A stretch of DNA of 64,000 nucleotides from Lytechinus pictus (Eukaryota). The first letter of the stretch is position 1; each line of letters starts with the position of its first letter. This document shows, one piece after another, positions 59,801 to 64,000 of this stretch. A program made the translations under genes and the position numbers. The stretch covers positions 1,984,001-2,048,000 of the forward strand of contig NC_087250.1 of NCBI RefSeq assembly GCF_037042905.1. Direction: 5' to 3'. The notes beneath the pieces were generated by a model, which ran no database searches, was not told the DNA's origin, and was given only the letters and a program-made list of their open reading frames with translations.

Positions 59801-62800
59801 CAATCCTTTATGGTGATACCAGAAAGTCTTACCTTGAATGTTGAAGTAGCCTTCAGTGTGACCCTATCCATCATCCAATCATTGAAGAGTCCACCAGGTT
59901 GTGTCTCCCAGTATGGTCCTATCAAGGTATTACCAACACGCTCCCAGACCCTGAGAGTGCTCAATTCTTTATGGTGATACCAGAAAGTCTTACCTTGAAA
60001 GAAGAAGTAGCCTTCAGTGTGACCCTATCCATCATCCAATCATTGAAGAGTCCACCAGGTTGTGTCTCCCAGTACGGTCCTATCAAGGTATTACCAACAC
60101 GTTCCCACACCCTGAGAGTGCTCAATCCTTTATGATGATACCAGAAAGTCATACAGTCACCCTCAGACGTTGCGGGGATATCTTTGGAGTACAGGATTGC
60201 TCGATCTTCTTCACTAACCATCTCAGAGTGGTTTGCATAGATGAAGTAACCTTTGAATGGTAGAAATGCAATGTTTTGATGATCATTGCTAGGTAGGTTG
60301 GCAACGTACTCAAAAAGCAATTGATTATCAGTGCATATTTTTATTATAAATGCTTTTGAGGCATATTCATTAAATTAGCACATCAATGATATGGTTCTCA
60401 TCCAGCAACCAGCGAGCAAACCTAAGAAAAGTTTACTTTCAACCAAGTATGGTTTATTCACTGATCCTAGCAGGCAATAGGGTGAACTAGATTCAGTTTA
60501 AAAATATAAAAATTGGAATTTAGAAGGTAATACATTTAACATACTGGTTCATGACTTTTAACTAAGCCATGACATACCACAAATACATTTATAATGGTCG
60601 AATATGTTCAAGATCACAACTAAAATTCTAATATTACACACTATACATTGATATGACAAAGAGAGTACAGATAATGGGAGGAAAAAGGGAGGACAAAATG
60701 GAGGACAAAATGTAAAATTGCAAAACATAAACATTTTTTTTCCATTGCATCAATTGTAACCACTGTAGATTAGTATTTTGTGTTAATCGTCTTTTTGTGA
60801 GTTTGTTTTATCTTCTGTTCGTGTTGTAGTGGTGTTTTTTATGTCATACTTTTGGTTATGTTAATACATTAAAATGTCATATTTTTGGGGTTGCGCTATA
60901 CCCCGGTTATGCCGCCAGGACGACAGTGAACCGACAGGTATTACCGTACCTCTTTTTCTTTTTCGGTTTAATGGATCGTCCTGTCGGCAGGACTAGGGTA
61001 CAAGTTATTTGTAAATTATTCTGAGTACACAGTTTTTTTTAGGATATGTTGTATGTACTTATACACAGTTTGTATCAATGTTCTGTTTGATTGAAGTGCA
61101 ACCATATGTTTTGTATACTTTGATTGTTTTTGTGACGAATAAAAACTGCAAAGATAAAAAAAAAAATGGAGGACAAGATAAGAGACTTCTGAGACGGTGG
61201 CTCACCATTAGGTGTTCCAAGGCTGTGATCAGGAAGATTCATTCCCGGTCGAGGATAGTCAAACCCTGTACCTCTTGACCAATCAAAATCATCTAGGACA
61301 GTCTCCTGCATCCAACCGCACATATCATAACGGAAGTCACATTTCCCTTCAGATTGAACAAAAGAAAAAGTATTTAACTATCACAAATACATAATGAAAA
61401 CTTATTTAATCTCTCATTTACAGTTTAATATTGTGTTTATTCAGGAGAATTCAAATTCTATCCTTGTTTTATTTTCCTTGAAGCGCCATGAGCACCGAAA
61501 GGTGGACCTCTGCACTATATAAGTAGCCACCATTATTATTATTATTTATAATTACTAGTCATTTAGAACAGTTTCATGTATAAAACCACACATGTTATTT
61601 TGAAAGTTAAATTCCCAATGAGATTGAACGATGGGGATTCTGACATTGCAATGCATAATGAATTTGATACAACTTTATTATGTGTGGGCGCGTCTTGGTT
61701 TAGTGGTTCTGACTCTCCCCTTTAAAACAGAGGGTCATGGGTTTAAATCCTAGCCGTGGCGTGTTTTCCTTCAGCAACAAATTTATCCACATTGTGCTGC
61801 ACTCGACCCAGCAGAGGTGAATGGGTACCCGGCAGGATTATTTCCTTGAATGCACTGAGCGCCGGTGATGGCAGCTCGAGCTAAAGCCGGGGTAATAATA
61901 GCAGTGCTTTGTATCCTAAGGCAAAAAGCGCTTTTTAAATCCAGCTAGTATTATTATTACTATTGAGATGAAAAAAATTAGGAAAAGAATAACCACACAT
62001 TAATAATCACACATTAATAACCAAACATAACAGAGAAAGATAAGTCCGGGATATAAATTATTATTTTCAATGCAGGACAGTAGTATAATATAATTTTTTT
62101 TACCCATATTTTATATAAATGTGATAAGGCTTACTTGTTGCTGGGCAGGGTCCAAGGTAGGCTGTGATATCATCGATTGCCATGTCACTGAAAATATTAT
62201 CACCAATCGTCCCTTCTATTTGGAACTAAGACAAAACAAGAGAAAAACATACATAAACTCTGAGATTTTAACATTATTCTCAGATCAGTCAAGATATTGC
62301 CACATATTGCTCCTTCTGTTTAAATCAATACTCGACAAATCACCAAGCAAACAGTGAGAAATTGTGAAACACCACATCATTTACAACTGAAAATATGCTT
62401 CAAAAGTTACTCAAAAATATGAAAGAATTTGAACAATTTTCATTCTAGTTTATTGTTATTCTATCACAAAAATAGGATAATCATATCAAAACAGGAGCAT
62501 AAAATTTGTAAAAGTTCAAATTATTTGCTCCTTATTCATAATGGTGTGGATGCCTACAGATTAACAGGGAGGGGGGTTATGCTGTTTCATATTTGCAAGA
62601 GAAAACAAGAAATAAATGTAGCATTCAAGGGGTTTCAAGAACAAAAATTAAAAGAGCCAAGAGGGAAATGTCCTACCCTGTAAATAATATTAGCATAAAA
62701 AAATATTGAAAATAAGCTAAAAGTAATGTCATGTAAATTATAGTACCTCAAAAAGATCCTTAGGTGGGTAAAAGTCAATGTTTGCAATCTGCCAGAAATC

Positions 62801-63844
62801 TCCTGTATTCCCTTCTCTCATCCACAATGTCCCTCCATCTGAATTGTCATTCTCACCCCTCCATTTGATTTTGAGTGAGCCCATATTCTCCCCATTCAGG
62901 TTATACCACATCTGGAGGCATATGACGGGTTCGGTCCTTCCATCTTGCACGGGGGAGATCAACCTTGCACTTTCATAGTAATGATTCCCAGACTGGGTAT
63001 ACAAGTAGTATCCTGTATATTCAATAAGGTCAAAGGTCAACTTGGTTAATAAGTCTGAGAATGAATCACTTACAAGATGTTCCATGAAACTTTGTTTTCC
63101 TAACGAGGGGGCCTGAAACACAAAGCTTAGCAATGATCGTAAAACATTGTTCTACAATTAATTGCATGTACCACAATGAATTATCAATCGTGAAAATCAA
63201 GCGTATGATTAATACCTCACCTTTGTGCTACGAGACCCTGGTGGGTGTTTCCTAAAGCTTTTCATAAAGTTATGCATGCACCCTCTCTGCACCAGATATC
63301 ATATTTTCATAGGTGCTATGTCAGCTATATATGTAGCAATATATCTCTTCGTACAAGAAGGGTCTCCAAACATGCTTAACTTAATACAGAGGTGTGAGTG
63401 GTCACAAATATAACGATCTGGAAAAAGCCAAAGAGTATTGAGAAAGTTTAAAATAGAAAGAGCTCCCATACTTTTTTTTACAGAGGAGAGCCAAAAATAA
63501 GCTGAAATTAAACTGAAAATAAAAATTAAAAAAATTTTAAATCAGCTAAAACTCTTGAACTGTCACACCCCAGTTGATAACAACTTCATGAAACAGCCAA
63601 TTTGTATGTCAAATGAATGAGAAAGAAGAGAGAGAGAGAGAGAATGAAAACATGGAAATAACTTATTTACCCGTTCCACTGGTATGATCTTGACTAGGAC
63701 CTGTTCCCCAACCACTGTCACCTGATCGACCACGCCTCCAATCAAAGTCATCTGATTGGTCATCAGTCCATGAACATATGTCATCCTCAAAGTCACATGA
63801 CAGGGGTTTGAATGTGTAGTCAGGTGATGCCTCAGGTGGATAGA
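5334..63844 (-). CDS. Multi-exon gene (partial; 46 exons in window) encoding a very long tandem MAM-domain protein, MALRD1/apical endosomal glycoprotein-like; 14 complete MAM domains (A-N) plus start of a 15th (O)
   Basis: Repeated MAM motifs CDFE..C.W...DD.DW...G.T..TGP..DHT / G.Y.Y...ARL.SP...C..FWYHM.G..G.L / W...G..W...FEG..G...DIAIDD...G.C. All exons bounded by AG and GT (one GC) with matching phases; summed length 7185 nt, open throughout. Confidence 0.93.
6299..6412 (-). CDS. MAM N exon 4
   Basis: [38 protein letters not shown]; 114 nt, phase 1-1. Confidence 0.88.
7017..7258. mobile_element. Small inverted-repeat element (MITE-like)
   Basis: CATTGGGTGATTTCAAGTTCAGTGTTG ... CAACACCGGACTTGAAATCACCCAGTG; related left end at ~59015. 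Confidence 0.6.
7683..7755 (-). CDS. MAM N exon 3
   Basis: [24 protein letters not shown]; 73 nt, phase 0-1; tctctgtag| and G|gtaaga; not in the ORF track. Confidence 0.85.
7801..8240. mobile_element. Truncated TTAA-target non-autonomous element (Kolobok-like)
   Basis: Starts TTAA|AGGGGAATCCAACCC and resembles the other TTAA|AGG elements; no right TIR seen. Confidence 0.5.
8465..9025. mobile_element. piggyBac-type MITE
   Basis: TTAA|CCCTTTGAACCC ... GGGTTCAAAGGG|TTAA; non-coding. Confidence 0.85.
9292..9435 (+). mobile_element. tRNA-derived SINE (truncated)
   Basis: A-box TGGCTCAGTTGG and B-box GAGTTCAAGCC; body matches the minus-strand copy at 35225-35405. Confidence 0.75.
9522..9676 (-). 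CDS. MAM N exon 2
   Basis: [24 protein letters not shown]...[19 protein letters not shown]; 155 nt, phase 1-0. Confidence 0.9.
10110..10259 (-). CDS. MAM N exon 1
   Basis: [49 protein letters not shown]; 150 nt, phase 1-1. Confidence 0.9.
10771..12519 (-). mobile_element. Tc1-family (IR/DR type) DNA transposon, defective
   Basis: TA|CAGTTAACAACAGAATTATTCATACCCC ... GGGGTATGAATAATTCTGTTGTTAACTG|TA; ~220-bp TIRs with an inner repeat of AATTATTCATACCC. Confidence 0.95.
11228..12103 (-). pseudogene. Tc1 DD34E transposase pseudogene
   Basis: MAKTKE start; [38 protein letters not shown] (second catalytic D changed to N), [12 protein letters not shown]; frameshifts and stops. Confidence 0.9.
12588..12669 (-). 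CDS. MAM M exon 3
   Basis: [27 protein letters not shown]; 82 nt, phase 0-1. Confidence 0.9.
12722..13205. mobile_element. Non-autonomous element, possibly Helentron/HINE-like
   Basis: Subterminal IR GTCTCGCCTGCA ... TGCAGGCAAGAC followed by an A-run; two internal ~180-bp direct repeats (GACC...TTGGTTAAGATTTC). Confidence 0.45.
13572..13846 (-). CDS. MAM M exon 2
   Basis: [12 protein letters not shown]...RLISP...[18 protein letters not shown]...ESFR; 275 nt, phase 1-0. Confidence 0.9.
14554..14697 (-). CDS. MAM M exon 1
   Basis: [47 protein letters not shown]; 144 nt, phase 1-1. Confidence 0.9.
15165..15386 (-). CDS. MAM L exon 3
   Basis: [12 protein letters not shown]...[11 protein letters not shown]...[17 protein letters not shown]; 222 nt, phase 1-1. 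Confidence 0.9.
17253..17833. mobile_element. TTAA-target MITE (Kolobok-like) with long internal palindrome
   Basis: TTAA|AGGAGAATGAAAC ... GTTTCATTCTCCT|TTAA; internal arms inverted; ends 20 nt from the donor of exon 17854-17973. Confidence 0.85.
17854..17973 (-). CDS. MAM L exon 2
   Basis: [40 protein letters not shown]; 120 nt, phase 1-1. Confidence 0.9.
18401..18541 (-). CDS. MAM L exon 1
   Basis: [47 protein letters not shown]; 141 nt, phase 1-1. Confidence 0.9.
18586..19160. mobile_element. TTAA-target MITE (Kolobok-like)
   Basis: TTAA|AGGACAAGTCCACCCCA ... TGGGGTGGACTTGACCT|TTAA; same family at 35990-36574 and a fragment at ~50410-50570. Confidence 0.85.
19675..20135. mobile_element. 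MITE with G/C-run termini
   Basis: GGGGGGGCACTCA ... TGAGTGCCCCCCC inverted ends; GC-richer non-coding interior. Confidence 0.6.
20390..20480 (-). CDS. MAM K exon 3
   Basis: [30 protein letters not shown]; 91 nt, phase 0-1. Confidence 0.88.
20766..21031 (-). CDS. MAM K exon 2
   Basis: GYLIYANQG...[12 protein letters not shown]...[12 protein letters not shown]...KSQFQ; 266 nt, phase 1-0. Confidence 0.9.
22319..22453 (-). CDS. MAM K exon 1
   Basis: [44 protein letters not shown]; 135 nt, phase 1-1. Confidence 0.88.
22842..22932 (-). CDS. MAM J exon 3
   Basis: [30 protein letters not shown]; 91 nt, phase 0-1. Confidence 0.9.
23404..23601. repeat. Intronic 49-bp tandem repeat, 4 copies
   Basis: GAGATTATAATATCAGTGATAGCTGATGAATTTGAAGAAATACTGAAGA x4; unrelated to the exon-derived 49-mer. 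Confidence 0.9.
23815..24416. mobile_element. Degenerate piggyBac-type MITE related to 38775-39520
   Basis: Shares CTTGCGCA...TTTTGAGACCAAATT...ATTACGCA core with 38775-39520; ends ...AGG|TTAA. Confidence 0.6.
24585..24862 (-). CDS. MAM J exon 2
   Basis: [22 protein letters not shown]...[16 protein letters not shown]...GFYR; 278 nt, phase 1-0. Confidence 0.9.
25490..26185. repeat. ~210-bp intronic direct duplication separated by a tRNA-derived SINE (~25730-25937, minus strand)
   Basis: CAGTAAGTCATTGATCATCAGGTAGACTGTCATTAGT... at ~25518 and ~25988. Confidence 0.8.
26213..26451. mobile_element. TA-target Tc1/mariner-type MITE
   Basis: TA|CACAGCAAAAACTGTGGTGTTAA ... TTAACACCACAGTTTTTACAGTG|TA. 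Confidence 0.85.
26482..26655 (-). CDS. MAM J exon 1 (linker + N-terminal part)
   Basis: [38 protein letters not shown]...[11 protein letters not shown]; 174 nt, phase 1-1. Confidence 0.88.
27505..27770 (+). mobile_element. tRNA-derived SINE
   Basis: AAACAGAGGGTCGTGG..TC(G/A)AATCC.AGCCATGGCG...GCAAGAAATTTATCC...TGCTGCACT...AATGGGTACC...GCCGGGGTAATAAT core shared with other copies. Confidence 0.8.
28195..28490 (-). mobile_element. tRNA-derived SINE (same family), near full length
   Basis: Reverse complement of the 34444-34736 copy; B-box GGTTCGAATCC; (TTA)n tail. Confidence 0.85.
28579..28663 (-). CDS. MAM I exon 3
   Basis: [28 protein letters not shown]; 85 nt, phase 0-1. Confidence 0.87.
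28960..29225 (-). mobile_element. L2/CR1-group LINE 3' fragment
   Basis: Minus strand reads [34 protein letters not shown], a typical ORF2 C-terminus. Confidence 0.8.
29702..29973 (-). CDS. MAM I exon 2
   Basis: [11 protein letters not shown]...[16 protein letters not shown]...VWMLEGQQ...VDD; 272 nt, phase 1-0. Confidence 0.9.
30480..31745. repeat. Intronic ~54-bp (ATC/ACC-rich) minisatellite, ~22 copies
   Basis: Unit ATCACTGCTACCAACACCATCACTATCATCATCATCATTTTTACCACCACCATC; begins 16 nt from the donor at 31762. Confidence 0.93.
31762..31890 (-). CDS. MAM I exon 1
   Basis: [43 protein letters not shown]; 129 nt, phase 1-1. Confidence 0.9.
32405..32600 (-). CDS. MAM H exon 3 (ends at a GC donor)
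   Basis: [65 protein letters not shown]; 196 nt, phase 0-1; donor CTAG|gcaagt. Confidence 0.87.
32870..33440. repeat. Degenerate CA-rich tandem repeat next to the donor at 33477
   Basis: Recurrent CACTATGACAGT.CAATAACACACACTCAC / CACTAAAATA units. Confidence 0.8.
33477..33640 (-). CDS. MAM H exon 2
   Basis: [21 protein letters not shown]...[22 protein letters not shown]; 164 nt, phase 1-0. Confidence 0.9.
34444..34736 (+). mobile_element. tRNA-derived SINE, near full length
   Basis: A-box GTGGCCCAGTAG, B-box GGTTCGAATCC, conserved core, (TAT)n tail. Confidence 0.85.
34923..35069 (-). CDS. MAM H exon 1
   Basis: [48 protein letters not shown]; 147 nt, phase 1-1. Confidence 0.9.
35225..35405 (-). 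mobile_element. tRNA-derived SINE (family of 9292-9435)
   Basis: Minus strand TGGCTCAGTTGGTAGAGC...GGGTTCAAACC...CAGATCAAAAGACGTTAAA. Confidence 0.8.
35990..36574. mobile_element. Kolobok-like MITE (family of 18586-19160)
   Basis: AGGTCAAGTCTACCCCA ... TGGGGTGGAGTTTTCC-TTAA; interior homologous to 18586-19160. Confidence 0.8.
36588..36672 (-). CDS. MAM G exon 3
   Basis: [28 protein letters not shown]; 85 nt, phase 0-1. Confidence 0.9.
37245..37492 (-). CDS. MAM G exon 2
   Basis: [23 protein letters not shown]...[19 protein letters not shown]...ANYK; 248 nt, phase 1-0. Confidence 0.9.
38775..39520. mobile_element. piggyBac-type MITE
   Basis: TTAA|CCCTAAAAAGACTGGG ... CCCAGTCTATTTAGGG|TTAA; subterminal palindromes GGGGCTGATTCAGCCCC. 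Confidence 0.88.
39655..39839 (-). repeat. 92-bp tandem duplication spanning the donor of exon 39807-39950
   Basis: [10 protein letters not shown] codons + ~60 nt of intron repeated; donor mutated GT to AT in the intronic copy; third copy at 38266-38360. Confidence 0.9.
39807..39950 (-). CDS. MAM G exon 1
   Basis: [47 protein letters not shown]; 144 nt, phase 1-1. Confidence 0.9.
40784..40846 (-). CDS. Pro/Thr-rich inter-domain linker exon
   Basis: [20 protein letters not shown]; 63 nt, phase 1-1; ttttag| and |gtaagt; shares YPPEA with the linker in exon 63671-63844. Confidence 0.85.
41665..41749 (-). CDS. MAM F exon 4
   Basis: [28 protein letters not shown]; 85 nt, phase 0-1. Confidence 0.87.
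42815..42929 (-). CDS. MAM F exon 3
   Basis: [38 protein letters not shown]; 115 nt, phase 2-0. Confidence 0.87.
43988..44141 (-). CDS. MAM F exon 2
   Basis: [22 protein letters not shown]...[19 protein letters not shown]; 154 nt, phase 1-2. Confidence 0.9.
44642..45141 (-). repeat. ~187-207-bp tandem triplication spanning the donor of exon 45037-45180
   Basis: Last ~105 nt of the exon + intron start (including a CT microsatellite) repeated; copies carry TGG to TGA and an insertion. Confidence 0.92.
45037..45180 (-). CDS. MAM F exon 1
   Basis: [47 protein letters not shown]; 144 nt, phase 1-1. Confidence 0.9.
46199..46385 (-). CDS. MAM E exon 3
   Basis: [62 protein letters not shown]; 187 nt, phase 0-1. 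Confidence 0.88.
47359..47510 (-). CDS. MAM E exon 2
   Basis: [22 protein letters not shown]...[19 protein letters not shown]; 152 nt, phase 1-0. Confidence 0.9.
48007..48156 (-). CDS. MAM E exon 1
   Basis: [49 protein letters not shown]; 150 nt, phase 1-1. Confidence 0.9.
48663..48747 (-). CDS. MAM D exon 3
   Basis: [28 protein letters not shown]; 85 nt, phase 0-1. Confidence 0.9.
49448..49700 (+). mobile_element. Degenerate tRNA-derived SINE
   Basis: GTGGTTTAGTGGTTAGAGCATTGGACTC...GTTCAGATCCC tRNA-like head. Confidence 0.55.
49844..50109 (-). CDS. MAM D exon 2
   Basis: [22 protein letters not shown]...[10 protein letters not shown]...VPYQ; 266 nt, phase 1-0. Confidence 0.9.
50877..51026 (-). 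CDS. MAM D exon 1
   Basis: [27 protein letters not shown]...IDHTLGDGT; 150 nt, phase 1-1. Confidence 0.9.
51097..51545 (+). mobile_element. RTE-clade LINE 3' fragment
   Basis: Degenerate RWYGHVLRR...[10 protein letters not shown] motif; short (GTAATGAT)n-like tail. Confidence 0.75.
52190..52411 (-). CDS. MAM C exon 3
   Basis: [30 protein letters not shown]...[27 protein letters not shown]; 222 nt, phase 1-1. Confidence 0.9.
52722..52809 (-). repeat. Partial duplicate of the 3' end and donor of exon 56830-56952
   Basis: [25 protein letters not shown]|gtaagtaaatct versus exon [25 protein letters not shown]|gtaagtaaatct. Confidence 0.92.
52867..56802. mobile_element. 3.9-kb non-autonomous TIR transposon (TA target, Tc1/mariner-like ends)
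   Basis: TA|CAGTGCCGGCCGCAGGAAACGTCAC ... GTGACGTTTCCCGCGGCCGGCACTG|TA (25 bp, 1 mismatch); subterminal CCCTAGG and GCGCCCGC motifs; no transposase ORF. Confidence 0.88.
56830..56952 (-). CDS. MAM C exon 2
   Basis: [41 protein letters not shown]; 123 nt, phase 1-1; not in the ORF track. Confidence 0.9.
57416..57556 (-). CDS. MAM C exon 1
   Basis: [47 protein letters not shown]; 141 nt, phase 1-1. Confidence 0.9.
58373..58472 (-). CDS. MAM B exon 3
   Basis: [33 protein letters not shown]; 100 nt, phase 0-1. Confidence 0.9.
59345..60150 (-). repeat. 161-bp tandem repeat x5 spanning the donor of exon 59994-60250
   Basis: AAG|GTAAG junctions at 59994, 59833, 59672, 59511 and 59350; older degenerate junction copy at ~58925-59020. 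Confidence 0.96.
59994..60250 (-). CDS. MAM B exon 2
   Basis: GYFIYANHS...[31 protein letters not shown]...KATSSFK; 257 nt, phase 1-0; donor AAG|gtaag. Confidence 0.9.
61206..61346 (-). CDS. MAM B exon 1
   Basis: [27 protein letters not shown]...PDHSLGTPN; 141 nt, phase 1-1. Confidence 0.88.
61685..61963 (+). mobile_element. tRNA-derived SINE (family of 34444-34736)
   Basis: Same core and (TAT)n tail. Confidence 0.83.
62135..62225 (-). CDS. MAM A exon 3
   Basis: [30 protein letters not shown]; 91 nt, phase 0-1. Confidence 0.9.
62747..63012 (-). CDS. MAM A exon 2
   Basis: [21 protein letters not shown]...[16 protein letters not shown]...DLFE; 266 nt, phase 1-0. Confidence 0.9.
63671..63844 (-). 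CDS. MAM A exon 1 (linker + N-terminal part)
   Basis: [57 protein letters not shown]; catag| acceptor, |gtaaa donor; 174 nt, phase 1-1. Confidence 0.9.
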
Positions 63845-64000
63845 CTATGAATAATCAATGGACAAAGTCACATGACAGGGGTTTGAATGTGTAGTCAGGT
63901 GATGCCTCAGGTGGATAGACTATGAATAATCAATGGACAAAGTCACATGACAGGGGTTTGAATGTGTAGTCAGGTGATGCCTCAGGTGGATAGACTATGA
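63788..64000 (-). repeat. 75-bp tandem repeat (>=3 copies, runs off window) spanning the acceptor of exon 63671-63844
   Basis: CATAG|TCTATCCACCTGAG... junctions at 63844, 63919 and 63994; copies identical. Confidence 0.95.

Noticed and set aside
59350-59993. Mutually exclusive alternative exons (Dscam-like)
   Set aside because: The copies lack their own acceptors and the 5' part of the exon, and abut directly with no intron between them.
59416-60263. Repeated plus-strand ORFs
   Set aside because: Antisense readings of the 161-bp exon-derived repeat.

Overview
AT-rich animal genomic DNA; the repeat content suggests a marine deuterostome such as a sea urchin (inference only). The whole window lies inside one very large minus-strand gene. 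I assembled 46 exons by hand with consistent splice phases (7,185 nt, about 2,395 codons, no stops). They encode 14 complete tandem MAM domains plus the start of a 15th (MALRD1 / apical-endosomal-glycoprotein-like; no LDLa modules here; both gene ends lie outside the window). The domains form a nested 3-domain / 9-domain super-repeat, and one intron is GC-AG. Introns hold Tc1 relics, TA- and TTAA-target MITEs, a 3.9-kb non-coding TIR element, tRNA-derived SINEs and LINE 3' fragments. The most striking signal: at least seven exon-intron junctions have been duplicated in tandem into the adjacent intron (49 bp x ~88, 161 bp x 5, 75 bp x >=3, ~187 bp x 3, 92 bp, ~158 bp, and one acceptor duplication). 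These create arrays of decoy splice sites, and in each case I could trace only the exon-proximal site keeps the ORF. In the 161-bp array the intronic copies differ from the exon mostly at synonymous positions, as if they archive earlier exon alleles.
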